DNA of 64,000 bases from Bigelowiella natans CCMP2755 (GCA_000320545.1 ADNK01001706.1:1-64000); one strand, 5' to 3'. Shown: positions 21,925 through 36,170, counted from the first letter of the stretch. Numbers and translations are program-made. The notes: generated from the letters alone by a model not told the origin.

Positions 21925-24900
21925 CTAGACAGGCAGTCCTGGCAGCGGGACAAGATTGTACGACCCCCCCAATGCCGTTTGCACCTTTGATATAGCATCC
22001 GTTTGCACCTTTGATGGAGCATCAGCGGCCTTGCCAGTCGCAGCAGCGGCATTACCAGTAGCAACCGCGGGCGTCTTATCTCCAATGGCCTCCGCCTTGC
22101 CCGCATTCCTGATTTCGTCCTTTACATTTTGAGGGAGGTCACGAATGACTCTGTTACTCTTTTCCCTTTTGACAAAAAGTTCAGCTGTTGACATCGTCTT
22201 TGCGAACATAGGTGTTTGACTGGTGACAGTAACCGCGCCAACTGCGAAATCAATGCCCACTTCCTTAACTGTTGAAACTTGAAGCTTTAATGTCCTCGGA
22301 TTATCTTTTGATGGACGTTTGACCTTCTTAGACAGTTCATTTAGCTTATCGGTAAGCTTTTTCGCGAGTTCGTTGCTCTCGGCTCTGTAAGTTCTTATTT
22401 TGTTATCAAAATAGTAACCAATTTCAACTTTATTTCCGTCGGTGCATGTAACTGATTTGATACTATCGTATAAGATCTCGGAGAGCGTTTGACGCCCATT
22501 TGGGTTCTCATTGTAGATTGACTTCGCACCAAGGTGGAAAATTCGATCTACATCGTACTTAAAGATATGTTTTTCTATCTGCTTTAGTCTAAAAGTTCCA
22601 TGAGTGTTGTCTGGGTTGTATTGCGCAGGAAACCTTTCCTTGCGTTCGTTAAGCATCTCAACAAGCCTCTCTACATCCATTGCGCCACCATCTTCAGCAC
22701 TAGAAACAATTTCGTAGGTGTACACACCGTTCATCTCTTCAAGCTCGTTCTCGCCGTAGTCAATAGTGAATCGAGCGTTCCCCTTTTTCCTACCCTCAAC
22801 CACATCGACTTGCCTGATATTGCCGTATGGGATCTCGTGGTGTTTCGTGCGCCCTCTCGATTTTTGGTTGTACAGGTACTGTCTACCCAGAACCAACGTG
22901 CGTTTTTGATTAAGTGCACCTTTTCTGATCTTAATCACCTGAAACCGCTCAAATCCATCCAACTCGCTATTGCGATTCGATTTTTCTTCCTTGTACCTGA
23001 GACATCAACAGACGAGTGAACGCGTTTCCTCCACTGGTAAAATTTGTAAAAAAAAACGAATTTTTGAAGGCGCTGCACAATGGAAAGGACTGTACTCGAT
23101 TTCGATCAGCATCATCTGGTTCACTGTGCCGAGAGTCTGCATCAATCGATCCGTAAACATACCCCAGAGCACTTTGATCACGTTCTTAAGATTAAATTCC
23201 ACTCCCTTTGCTTCCAACGCGGCTGCCTTAGCCACAACACCTGTTGCACTGACCTATTTAGAGTCATTTAAAGAGAGAAATATATCATCGTAATCCAGCA
23301 AAACGAAAGATGATATGAGACTCTATGCAAGGCCAGACGCATCAAATGGGGTCGATGCACGCTCGTGAGCATAACATACGACGAAACAAACAAGGAAAAA
23401 TCAATCTGCGCTGTTTCGGAAGATGGTGAATTCATACCGTTGGCGATTTGGTCGGCGCGTATGTTGGTACTTGAGCAGTCCCGGAACTGACAGAAGAGGA
23501 ATTGGAGCTGCTGGCGGTCGGCGGAGGAAGCTCAGCGAACTTGCGGTAGACTGTGTTAAAAAGGGCCTGAAAATACACTAATGCATCGGATAACATGCCA
23601 CTGATACCGTCTCGATTGTCATAACCCGTTGTCAGATATGAGCAAGCTGTGCGGATCATTAAGTCATCAGTAAATCGCTCCATAAAAGAATTGTAATCCC
23701 ACTTTAGAGAGTCGACGGCTTCTAGTTCCGTACTGCCCGGCATCGGTATCTGGAGTGCGAACTTCTTGGTATTAGAGTCGGGGCCATTCATATAGCTAGC
23801 CGAAACTTGCATCGACTTTCCCTTCCCAAGTAGACTATATTGTCCTTCAGCAGTCACCGTATAGGCAGTCCCTCTTTTCTCGGTCACCTCTTTCATCTCA
23901 CAGTTGTTGCTTTCGTCTCTTTCCCACTGCCACTGATACCTCACCTTAGTGGTGAATTCGAGGTGGCCAGGGTTGCAGAATCCTAGCCCCCCCCCCGAAC
24001 CATCGGTGTTTGGGATGCCAACCTTCGCAACCAACCCGAGCGCTCCTTTGATCTCGCTCAGGCCACAACCACAGGTCCCACAGGATGATTCCGAGGGCTT
24101 CACTGCCTCCATGAGAATACTTCCAACATCAGCGGCCGGGTGCTTCAGAATCGTCGCATATTTAAGGTATTGCATAGTCTCAAAGGGGTCACTCGCGCTG
24201 GTTCCCCTGTACCCACCTTTGCCGCCAGTAAGAAGCCCTTCCCATTTCTTAAACGATTTCGATTTCTTCGCGAATTCGTCGAGATTTTCTATATTTTTGC
24301 GCATTTCAGCATACGCCTTCACAAATATATTCCATTTCGTTGGAAACGAAGCAGCGCCATAGTGATCAATATACCTACCTTTGTTCCACGGTTTGGTTGG
24401 GAATGGGAACATTCTCTCAATAAGGTCGTAAAGACCCTCGTTACTCTTTCCATTACCGAGAAATCCAGCTAGGTGACACAGTCTCGCCTTTGCCTGGTGG
24501 CGCATTACTCTACTAAGCGCCTCTGCTTGAGAGATCGAGTTATTTATCTGGGGCATAGAGATAGTGTTGCAGGACTGGCGCCGGCTGATCTTGGGGACGT
24601 CGAGAAATACTGCAGCGAAAGAGTTGCGAACTAGTGTCTCTCCTGCCCCCTTGATTCCGTCTTCGTAGCGCTTCATCTTCCTTTTTTTGTTAGATTGCTT
24701 GGCAATGTTGTACTCGGTTTTCATTTTTTCTATTGAGGCTATGTAGTCCTGCGATTTCGCACCATCTCGCACGGTCTCCCCGAATTGAATCGCTAGATTA
24801 AAAAATTCCTTGAACATAACCTTACTATCGATTTCACCCTGTCCCTGCAGTGCCGTGTATTTTTCGACTAGTTGGGTTACTTTGTCCGGGCCAGACAGTT

Positions 24901-25697
24901 TTCTTTTTAGAAATTTGAAGATCTTGCTATCTTTTATCTTATCCGTCACGTAGCTTTTGACAGCATAGATCACGAGGTCTGGGAAATCCGCAACAGATTT
25001 AGGCACTTTCATTATAAACTCGACCATACCTACCAGAATCATGACCCAAAAAAGAGTTCATTACAACTTTGAGTCAGCTATCAGTATTTGGGAAAGAATC
25101 GATTCCATAGTGCATCACCTTCTAACCCAATGCCAAATGAGAGAATTTTAACGTCTGCACCGGCCTTGATGGAGCCTTCAAGCTCGAGGCCAACTTCACT
25201 ATACCCGCGATTTTGATCCTGATCGATTTTTACAGCTCCTCGCAGACCAAATGTTGCTTTGAAAGGCGGGAATATGTCCACCTGCAATTTTCGTAAGAAA
25301 AGCAAAAATGGACTCGTTAAATTCACGTTCTTTTCCAGTTACTAGCTCAGTGTCCTGCACACACGGATAACTTTTTTTTGGGGGTGAAAGCTCCTGACTA
25401 ACCCTGGCCTCTATGCAACCTTGGTAGTTAACTTCACCTGAATGAAATGTGTGCACATGTTTACAAGCAGCAGCGATGGATCATAGCCAGGAAGACAAGT
25501 GGTGGAGTTACAGGAAGGGATCAATGATGACAACTAAAACTCTTACCGTCGCCCACAGTGGCGTTGTTCCAATGGCCGCCGATGATAGCAGGTTGCAGCG
25601 ACCCTCGATGAAGGCTGACGTTTGAGAATCCCCGAGCTTTGTGAAATCCGTCGGTCTTCTGCACAGCAGTGCCAAGAAGTAGAAGGAGAAGAGTCAT
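21925..25697 (-). CDS. Large uncharacterised multi-exon protein: signal peptide, beta-rich and helical regions, two tandem PH-like repeats near the C-terminus
   Basis: MTLLLLLLGTAV start; long ORFs 23432-25042 and 21925-22962; repeats FQVIKIRK..QKRTLVLG..YLYN..IPYGNI and FRLKQIEK..VDRIFHLG..SIYN..ILYDSI. Could be two genes. Confidence 0.55.
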
Positions 25698-26239
25698 GGC
25701 GAACACCTGGTCTGGGGCTAACCCGCTTCAAATTGAAATTTAAATTTATTTAAATTTAAAAGTCTGTAAAGATTCAAATTTTGAAGTTAGGAGTTGTTAG
25801 ATCTATTAGGAGTAAAATAGATCACAGTTCGCTAATAGATCTAGCCTTTAATGTTAACAAAAAGCTACTCTATACGATCGTTCGTAGGGAATTTCGTTCG
25901 ATTTTCCGATTCATTTCCAAAAAAACCTACAAAAAACACAAGGTTCAAATTTTGAAGAATGACTTACGACACTCTGTGGCCGCTGTTTTCCGGAATTAAT
26001 TATTATTTTTTTTTCCGGAATTAATTTCTCGGTCCACAGCGTCGTCAGTACACCGGTAACTGTACGTCCATGATAAAAAGGAAGTCAAATGACGGAAGTA
26101 TTTTTAAGAAATCTTTCCATGTCGCGCTTACATGAACAAAGTCGAATTTAATTTTATTAATTCTTACAATCTGCCATGTCGCACAAAAAAAATGCATCGG
26201 ATCGTGCCAACAACTTGTGTATGTTCTCCTTCCTGCAAA

Positions 26240-27100
26240 CATTTTCGTCCTGTTGATTGTCGAGGTGCACCTGCTTGCACTCCCACTTGCTAGCTGTGCA
26301 AAACAACGCGTCCGATCTTCAAACAAGCACACGTTGCACCTTCTCTGATGATTTTCATCCTTTTTTGAACACATCTGCAAGGAGCAGCTTGCTGCATCCA
26401 AACTCTTCCGACAGGTTGAAAAGTGGAGCAAAGAGGATGATGTTTTTGCTTCACCTGATCACCTGAACCTCTCCAACAGGCGAGCAAAGAGGACAATTGA
26501 AAGTTCAGTGCGCCCGTTGCACGCCTGAAGTCCCAAAAAAGTCGAGCAGAGGGGGAGCACTTTTGCACACATGGATTCATGCGACAAATGTGAAGAACAT
26601 GTGGCTTCTTCGAAGCTTCTGAACTCCACGTCGATCCACGAAATGGTTGCAGCAGTGGTGCAGCTAGCACTGGAGAACAACACCCCACTAGCTAGCGAGC
26701 TAACCCTCGCAAGGACGCACACACACACGATGCACTGTGGAACGTTCATTGAAGTGCTCTTGGATCGAGCAGACTGGCTAGCTGCAGCCATGGCTAGCTA
26801 GCTAGCAAGCTTGTCCAAACAAGTCGATGCATGCTGACACGTGCTGGCATGCATGAGCCTTGCGATGTTTGTTTTGCCCGGTTTCCATGCCCTTTGCTGC
26901 TGCGCGTGTGCATGCAGCATGTTAGTTCTAGAGGCAGGACAAGAGAGGATCACACACAAACAACATGTGATTTGAGCATGCGCAAAACACACAGGCGCGT
27001 GTCTCGATGATCGACCAGGATGTGCATATGTGTGTGTGTGTGTTGTGCTTCACCAATTCATCATGATGCCCATGCACCAAACTCCAATTGACATTCATGA
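26240..27100. other. TpA-eroded domain
   Basis: Almost no TA outside CTAG. Confidence 0.8.
26750..26935 (-). pseudogene. Degenerate duplicate of the rhodanese last exon with its acceptor and 3' flank
   Basis: gctagcaagcttgtccaaacaagtcgatgcatg...gtttccatgccctttgctgc aligns to gctagtaagcttgtccgaaccagtcgatgtatg...gtttccatgcccctttgctgc (27148-27220). Confidence 0.85.
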
Positions 27101-27148
27101 AATGGCCGTACAGACATAACACTTTGGAGTGCCTTCGGATCGCATAGG

Positions 27149-28440
27149 CTAGTAAGCTTGTCCGAACCAGTCGATGTATGAGCCTTGATAGTTCGCCCAG
27201 TTTCCATGCCCCTTTGCTGCAGCGTACGCAGCAGCTTGGTGAGATCGCATGCCGGATCTAGAGTTACGAGTATATTCAAATAATCAGCTATTAGAAATGA
27301 AAATGAATAGTATTGTCACAAAGAATTAGCAGCTGAAAGATTACTTGCAATACACGACGACGTCATCATCCGGCATGATTTTGGGGATCCCATATCGCTC
27401 CTTCCATTGCTAAAATATAGAATTGATACAAAAATTTGGTCGTCAGTTAGTCTAGCGTCAGTGACCAATGGCCAAGTAAAAGAATCAGAACTTCAAGTAA
27501 TAGAACAAACACACTGATGACAGTCTTCCTAGCTCGCACAATAATTCCCGATTTTGCAAAACGTATGATTAACTTACAGAACTTACATCTTCACTCATTT
27601 CAAGAGCATCCACAAACTCACTCAAAGGAATGTTAATTGATCCTGGGATCGCACCTAACGACAGTTATCCTTCACGTTGGAGATAGAAGTATTTTTCAGT
27701 CTGCAAATGATTTTCACCGAAGTCAAGCTCGTCGCGTTCTCTAACGTCGATGAGACGTTCGTCGCTACCTAAAGTCAGATTGAAGCTCTTTACATTCAAT
27801 TTACAAATCATCAATTTAAAATCATCGCCCGTCTACCACACACCTTCGAGAATTCGTTGGGAGAGGCCTTCAACATACTGCTTATCCACAACAGGAACTG
27901 TCGGCGCAGCAGAGAATGTACGACTCTGGAAGCACATATTCGTTAATTTTTTGCGGAATTTTCGAAAGCATTCGAGGAAAATCAAAGCAATAGTCTCAAA
28001 TAGTGTAAAAGTATGTGCCTACCATTGCTGCCACTCTTCTCAACGTGCGTCCAGCATAGCTAAGTACGGAAGGAAGAAGGTGTAAGCACACTGTAAATTT
28101 CAATGAAGCTTGAATCAAAAGCATGGCTTCCAACTATTGCATCAGCAACTGGATACGAACATGATTTCTAGTATACATTCTCCGACGGCCTAGTTAGCTG
28201 CTCAGCCTAGCTAAAAACCCACATGTGAGGCTTCCGAGCCGACGACGTGGCCGCGCCATACGACATCGCCGAAACACTCGAGCGCTTCATAGCAGACTTT
28301 GACGCCGTGTTGCCTGCACACCGAATCATCGACGGTCGCAAGGCGCGAAGGGTGTGGGCAAAACGCGTGGAAGAGGATGCATGAGCGTGTGCTGTGAGCA
28401 GGAGGGGGTAGTACAGGGCGATCCGCCTGAGAGCCATCAT
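27149..28440 (-). CDS. Single-domain rhodanese/thiosulfate sulfurtransferase with N-terminal targeting presequence
   Basis: LIDVRERDE..AIPGSINIPL..VVVYCK|SGMRS..NYQGSYIDW; active-site loop YCKSGMRS is formed across the last intron (last exon 27257-27149). Confidence 0.88.
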
Positions 28441-28763
28441 TACTAGAATGGAAAATTGGTTAAAATAAATTAGATAGTTCTGGTATCAAAAAGGTACTTC
28501 TACAGCTTCGAAATTGAGTCTTATGGATATTTCTACAGAAAGTTTTCCTGAACATTAATTCGAGAAATACTCGATATATGTGGCATATCTTTGTGCCTAA
28601 GCATAACCGAGCCCAATCTTGCCTCGTCATTTATTTATCCGGCCAGGGTAGTACTCGTGACAATAAGGGCAAAACAGAAGGTTTTACGATACAATTCCTT
28701 GTCGCTCAACATAATTAAAGGCAAAAACTGAAAAGTTTCTAAGAACTTTCCGCCTCCTCATTA

Positions 28764-30076
28764 ATGGCCGCTTCGGGGAAAGACGAGGCGCTCGTCGGAC
28801 ATCTTGAAAGCTTTTGGAGCGCGGCTTGCAAGCATCTCCAAGTCCCCGATGATCTTCGAAAGAGCTGGATGGAGACCATCGTAGAGCGTTACCGGGAACG
28901 GCATCGAGTGATACAATTCTCATCGATTCTCATGCATGCATCCTCGTTTTCACTGTTGTTTTCTTTGTCAGGCTTATCACACTCTCCATCATCTCGATGA
29001 GCTCTTCCAATATTGCGCAAAGCATCAAGAGGAGCTAAAAAGACCGCATCTAGTCACAATGGCTATATTCTTCCACGACATAATTTATGACCCCAAGCAA
29101 GCAGCACCTGCAAATGAAAATATGGTATGAAAGCAAATCCTCGAAACGCCAATCGCCGCACTACTTGATTTTCAATATTCGCCCCAGAGTTGACATGATA
29201 TAACCCTCCTGATCAGAGCGCCCTTGAATTTGTACGGTTTGCCGACGAAGTGAAGACGGCCACGGAAGGGAAGTCGTTTGGCAAAGAAGATATCGATCTC
29301 GTGGAGGCCTGGATCAAAAAGGTAGTCTGGAATTTCTACGCTCTGAGGGGAGGCTGTTGATAGATATCCCTCCGCCGTGCAACTGAGAGATTGCTACAGG
29401 TCGCTAATCATTTGATTGCTCTCAGACCGCTGACCACGTGTGCACCTCGGAAGATAGTAAAGACTGCAAGCTATTTATGGATTGGGATATTGCTATTCTA
29501 GGACAGCCATGGCCAAGATATGAACGATACATGAAATCGGTGGTGCCTTTATAAGATCTTTTGATGCATTTTTGTCGTCTAAGTTCTCTGTTGGCAACGC
29601 CGAGCAGGTTCGTACCGAATACCGTCATATTCCCTACTTCATCTGGTGTGTGGCACGGCCAAGGTTCTTGCGAAAGACCCTGGATCAAAAGCAGGTGTCA
29701 CGATGAACATAGCTCATCGCAAGACAGCAAATGTTGGTAGAGTTAGCGGTAAAACTAAAACCGCGCGGTTGGTTCTCTAGTGCGTAGTAAACTGAGATAT
29801 GTTCGAATGCGCGTTTTGTTCGGCAAGCGTTGTAGAAAAGAAGGCAGCCACGAAAGCGTTGTTATCCTATCTTGCAGGTTTTCGCGACTGATCATTATCA
29901 AAAACTACTAGGAGGGTGAGTAAATCGATGTATAAGCGTTATTTTACTGCCCTGATTCCTTTTTCTCTTCTAGGCAAGCCAGGGAGAATCTTTTGGAGGA
30001 AATTCGAATACTAGAAAGTGAAGTGGGCTTCATAGGACGCACGGCTGCGAGACTTATCCTATATTTCCTTAGCTGA
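28764..30076 (+). CDS. Predicted metal-dependent HD-superfamily phosphohydrolase, multi-exon
   Basis: Y.E.HR|AYHTLHHL, AIFFHDIIYDP, TADH, FMDWDIAILG, VRTEY.H.P, QARENL..EI; stop TGA 30074-30076. Confidence 0.85.
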
Positions 30077-30282
30077 TTCACAGCATGATCCTAGCTTGTA
30101 TGCATTGTTATTATCGGATTATGAAGGATAGCTGCTAGACTGCTAGCCGATACGCGTGAGTCTTACTATATTATTATTATTATCATCCGGCGGCATACTC
30201 CTGTATACCTGCGCATGTGTGATATGCGAAGCTCTGCTATGATGAGGTTAAGGCTGTGATTTTAACTCTCGCCATATAGGGA

Positions 30283-30285
30283 CAC

Positions 30286-30328
<43 letters not shown>
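30283..30328. repeat. (TA)n microsatellite
   Basis: Intact TA run. Confidence 0.9.
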
Positions 30329-30330
<2 letters not shown>

Positions 30331-31679
30331 GACGTAGGATAATAAGGTGATGGACAACTATATCTAAATATATGTACGACTGCGCGCGCAGCAATGGCCA
30401 AGTGCTAGAGCGCGTGGCAGCAGCGGGCGCACTTATGATATCGATGTAAAATGTCGTTTCCCAGTGATAAGAGGAGCTATGCCATCGCTACACAGCAGCG
30501 CCACACAGCGCAGTGTTGTACACCATAATAAAGTAACGATGACATGTTCTCTTTGGCTGTTACAAGGCAAGCGGGCATGGGCACATACTGCAGCGCCTCT
30601 TGTTCGACACACGGGCAACATCACAGTGCAACGTGATTATTGGCTACATGATCGATTGGTTCATGTATGCAGGCACAGGCAAGATACAGTTCTTTTGAAT
30701 GTTAACCAATTTTAAACCAAGAAGGCAAAGATTACCGCAATCTATCCGTCCTTGCTGCATATTTCAAATATAGTTTGATATATAAACGCCTTTAGAATTA
30801 TGGAATCAGCGCTTTTATCAGTCTGGTTTCACGCAAACAAAATTAAAAAACTACGAGAACATACATCTAGACATACATAAACAGCATGGCGTGCCGTATG
30901 CAGTAGATCCCCTTCACTTTTTTATTTCTTTTCGAAAACACTGATGTGCCTCCTATTTTGTGCCTATATCCTCTTTCAAGTGTGCGATCGCACGCACATG
31001 TTTGTCCATGCGTAGTGGATAAAGAACGTATTCAGCATAAAGTAGTACCACCCTACACCGCAACCAAAACAGCGAAAACAACAACAATAACCATCACAAC
31101 TCACAACAAGAGTGCCAACCATCACTTCAAAGCAGTCTCCAAACATGATAGTTACCGAGCATTTAATTGTCACACTGGCTTGTTTAAAAAAACAAAAATT
31201 GGGCTCGCGAAACCAATTTCCAAGTCGGAACATTAGTACATTGTGCATGAATAGTACGTACGAGCAAGCAAAACCCCTGCAATCACACACAGATCTTCAT
31301 TCATCATTCACACAAGCAGCTGTGGCATGCTCACCTAGCATCTCTGAGAACACGTATAGAACCTCTCTCAAACCCCTGTCTGAGCTGCAGGCAGCCGCGA
31401 TCAAGACGACCGTTAGACCACTGTCGCGAAAACAAAATGCAAGGGGGGGGGGGGGTAGAAATGACTGGGTCAGGTCGCATTCACTGCACAGCCGCACGCA
31501 TGATCTCATTATACTTATACCCCCAAAAGAAACGCCCCAAACTGAAACACGCCTGGTATGTATGCTACTCTTTTGATATATTCTTGGTCGTTGTCTCATT
31601 ATCATCGTGCGTGTGCAGTGAGAAAACGAATACAGTTGGAAGGACGCGCCCAGCACCCCGAGCAAGAAGGCGACCGCGC

Positions 31680-32026
31680 TAAGCTTCAACAGCCTGGTAT
31701 AGTTGCATTCAAAGCAAACGCACGCGCACTCACACCGGGCACAATGGCATGGGGCGAATCGGCCCAGTCGAGCGATGAGGAGGCTCGACTCACACACCTT
31801 TTCCTCAGCACTTTGGCCTTTTTCACTTGGAAGTTCCGGGGTTTCAGACGTCTGGTGAAAACGGGTGTGTGTGTGTGTGTCTTTCGGCGTGTTTTGGGTC
31901 GGGCGGCCATGCATGAGTGCGCTCTGCTTGTACCTATTGAGTCTTCGCGGGTTGTTGGCTGCTGTTGCGGCTGCAAAGAAATGGCATTCCAAGCTCAGAA
32001 AGGATTCGCCAATGATATGCCACGTG

Positions 32027-32058
<32 letters not shown>

Positions 32059-32790
32059 TACGCAGACGCACGCACGCATGCCCCTACCTTCCCTGCCATT
32101 GGCGCTCTGGGACCGCGACAACTCTGGCTTGACTATCGAAGCCTCCTTCGTTGGTGTCATCATACATGTACGTTATAGACGTACACACGGCTCATCCAAC
32201 AACTCCACACTCGCCCTTCGTGTATACGACGCAGATCAGCCTCCCCACACACCACGCTATTTCTACCTTTTCCAGGTGTAGGCCCGCGCGTATTACTTCT
32301 TTGGGTGTCATCTTGCTCGTCATTGCCGCCCTCCCCTTCGTCGCCATTACCAGGCCGCCACCGGCTCGCGGCGCACTCACCGTCGATTGCATGTTTGAAA
32401 GAGGCCGGCATAATGGCCGGGGTTGCTGCTGCTGCTGCTGGTGCTGCTGCAGGGATTCAAACGTGGATGTAGAAGAGGCCGTCAGCTGGGCATTGCTCGA
32501 GGCCATTGGCTCGGGTTGATCTCCATCATTGCTGCCGCTTATGCACGCCTCGCTGCCATTCGCCTGGGGCGTCCGGAGGGCCTCGTCAGATGGCCTGGCG
32601 CTGCTTTCGTCAGTGGATTGTGAACGTCCTGCCCCTCCTCCTCCTCCTCCTCCTCCTCCTCCCTCGCCCCCCCCCCCTCCTCTTTGAGATGAGGAGAGAC
32701 CTGGCCCCTTTCTGGTGAGGGACCTGCAATGTATCGTGGGATTACACCAAAATAAAGAAAACTGGGCATTCAAAAGCACATAAATATATG

Positions 32791-32830
<40 letters not shown>

Positions 32831-33125
32831 TACTGGGACGAGGAGGCAGCTCGGTGCTGCGGCGAGGATACCGACGTCGACCTTCCATCAATGGACGGCC
32901 CCACGACGCTCGCACTGACTCGGTGCAGCCATTTCGAGCCAAATCCCTTTTCTTCCAAGGGACTCAGCGGCTGCGGTTTGTTCCGATACCTCTTCTCTCC
33001 CGCCAGGGCCTTATCCAACGATGAAGACAACGACGGCGTTGCACAGCTGCTAATAAGCTCCGACAGCCCCGGCGGTCGGCTTTTCACGTCTATCAAGGAA
33101 CGGGAGAGGCCCCGTACCGTGTCGC

Positions 33126-33162
<37 letters not shown>

Positions 33163-33353
33163 GCCGTTGCCGTTTCTGCTGCTGCTGCTGCCGAGGCCTT
33201 TGTCGTAGCGAGGAGGAGCTCGGCAGCCTTGCTTGAGCGTCTTGGGCAACGTGGAGGCTGTCGCTGCTAAGCGGGGCTGGCGAAGCTGAACGAGAGCACT
33301 GGCGGTCAGTTTGCAGTAGGAGAACGTATTGAAGGAATGGATAGCCATGTGTA

Positions 33354-33395
<42 letters not shown>

Positions 33396-33959
33396 TTTAT
33401 ATACATGCGTGTGTGGGCATGCTTTCCCGCTCTACCTGCGACATTCTCGAGGTGAGAGTGCCTCTGCTTAGATTTCCAACCATCATCGTCTTTGCGTCGC
33501 CCGATTTCTTGGCCGAGGCCGTCGGTAGGCAGACCTCATACAACAACTCTGCGTGTTGGGGGATAGGAAGATGAGCATGAATCCACCTCTCCCAAGGGCC
33601 ACCACATAGCGAACACTATGCTGCAAGCGTAAAACACTTAATAGAGGACCCTGATACGATTGACAACATGACCTCAAAAGCACAACACGTACTGGCGAAT
33701 CGTCTTCTCCAAAAATGAAGAACGGATGATGCACATAGGGTAGCGTGTGGTTGTTCCAGAAACGACGAGTCGCTCACCTCTATGCCTCTCGGGGAGCGGC
33801 GTCTCTGCCATCGTCTGAGATAACTGCATGAATCGACAAACACCACTCTGACCGCCAGATACAGAATTCCGAACATATGTTTAACACACACACACACACA
33901 CACACACACCCCCACAGGTATATATATTTATATACATATATATATATATATATATAATA

Positions 33960-33994
<35 letters not shown>

Positions 33995-34021
33995 ACACAC
34001 ACACACACACACATGTATATA

Positions 34022-34092
<71 letters not shown>

Positions 34093-34217
34093 TTATATCA
34101 AAAAGGCCTTTTCTGATCATGCCTGGCTCGCAATGGCATGAGTCTTGCTCATCCCTTCTCGCGTATGTTGCGAGTATATACCTTTAAGCAAACAAAACAG
34201 ATATGTACGAGTATATA

Positions 34218-34256
<39 letters not shown>

Positions 34257-35428
34257 CACATATCTGTTTGTTTTCTTAACAAGACGGACTTTTGTGCAGC
34301 TCTTTAAGCCTTTTCTCGACAGAAATCAAGATCCTCGTGAGCTTTAGGGGAAGCAGCAGCAAAATCCCTTTGTTCGTATATGTTCATCCAAAGCACCAGC
34401 AAATGAAGAGTGAGGAGTTAGATTGAGGACCGGGCTTGATATGAGCGAGGCGATGCATCAGAATCAATGCTATGCAAAGGGGGGGGGGGAGGGGGGGATG
34501 AGCAGAACTTTCTCACCAGTCAATACGAAAGCCTTGAATACGATGAAAACTTGCTTCTTAGTCATGACAACTAGGACAAAGCTCAAGGCTTGCGAGCTGA
34601 GCAGAGCAACCGGGATCCCGAAACGCAACGTGTAGTGGCGAGGGGTGCTGCAAAGCGATAGTAATGGAAGAACATTTACCAAAATCAATAGGCCCAATAT
34701 ATAATATTTGGGAGATTGTGCAGGAAATTGTGCGGTGATACAGCGAATCCTCACATCATTCCAAGAATGATAAGTATTGTTAAGATGCAAGGTACATTCT
34801 GATTCCCATAGTCTGCCCCTCTACGAGGCTCACCTGCAAGAATTATTCACGAAGCTCAACTTCCATAGACGTGGTTGTCGGTTAGTGGGATAATGGGCAA
34901 GAAAAGGAAGTTAAGAAAACAAAGCTAGTAGCAGTACCAGCTCAACCAGTTTTAAGACAGAAGATCCGAGAGATATCTAAGTTAGAGGCAGAAATCCATT
35001 AATGTGACGAGAAAGGATTGAAGAGGACTGAATTTTGTGACTGCTACTTCAGTGATTCCAGAGATCCCAAACAGCGCCTTTAGGCAAAACAGAAAAGTGT
35101 TAAAGTATGATCGGATCTGTGGTCAAGTACACTGTATTCTATGGGAGCTGCTGCTGGCAATGTCGATGATGCCCAAAGCTACCGTGTCGCTAAATCCGAG
35201 ACAGTGGCTGAAAAGAAGAACAAAAAGTTAATTCGGCTTAGGGCTGGCACCAGATATCTTATAATTCGTTCGTTCGAAAATCTACACTTTTTTTGTGGAG
35301 TACCCGAAGGAAAGGAGGCATAAGAGTGTGGAATTGATAAGCGTCAGTCTGGGGGAGAAACAAGGAAGAATGTGAGCACACAAAAGGGAAGGGGAATCGA
35401 TGTAATTCACACACGCGCAAACACAGAC

Positions 35429-35474
<46 letters not shown>

Positions 35475-36170
35475 GGGGGGTTGGGAACACATAGAGTTTC
35501 AGATGCGAACCTCTGCACGGAGACCTTCGATTGAATCTTCTCGTCAGAGAAAAATAATGTTTGAATCAACTGCAGCGATGCAAGGACTGACTGGCCCGTC
35601 GTACACGCCCACGCTATGGCACACCGTGTCCCTACCCCATCCATAAGGAGGTATCGTATCCTTCCTTTGACGAGCTGTGCGTTTGTTTCAAATTCCGTCG
35701 ATGTGGATAGTTGCGATCACCAATTGCAAGGTAAAATGATAGCTTCGCGACAAGGAAATTACCGTGTCGCAGAATGGAAACAAATGGTATTTCAGAGGCA
35801 TAACACCGAAGACGTAACCGGTGGCACGCTTCGTACGAAACGAGATTGTTCCATGGCTTCAAAAATTCTTTGTTTTCACCTTAGTTTCACCGAAAGCTGC
35901 TGCTGACAGACGGTGCTCTAAGCCCTGTTTTCGAACAAGGAATGTGTTGTCGTTAGCAACGAACCCAATGCGAATCTGGGTCACCTTTCAACAAACGGCA
36001 TGGCAGCTGCTTGGGGGGAAGGGGGGGGAGCGAGTGAGTTTGTGAGGTGGCAAACTAATTCACATTGTCAGTTTAGTTGCGTTGAATTGGGCGTGGGACA
36101 AAGAATTTCATTTTTCTTGGTGTTTCTGTGGATTTCTGTTGATTGGGGAGGGAGGGCACAGAGATGAATC
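31680..36170 (-). CDS. Unidentified intron-rich gene with low-complexity (poly-N, poly-Q/E) C-terminal part; boundaries approximate
   Basis: Series of GC-rich blocks bounded by AG/GT on the minus strand (e.g. LLYEVCLPTASAKK..RMSQ; TSETPELPSEK..EEK) separated by microsatellite-rich introns; no domain recognised. Confidence 0.4.
33884..34092. repeat. Compound intronic microsatellite, [(CA)n-(TA)n-AATATTT-(GT)n] x2
   Basis: Directly visible alternating purine-pyrimidine blocks. Confidence 0.85.

Noticed and set aside
25730-26030. AT-rich palindromic tract and ttttccggaattaatt direct repeat as a DNA-transposon end
   Set aside because: No partner inverted terminus or transposase found.
31297-34347. 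Long ORFs with VCVC/THTH/YIYI runs
   Set aside because: Translations of intronic (CA)n/(TG)n/(TA)n microsatellites or antisense frames.
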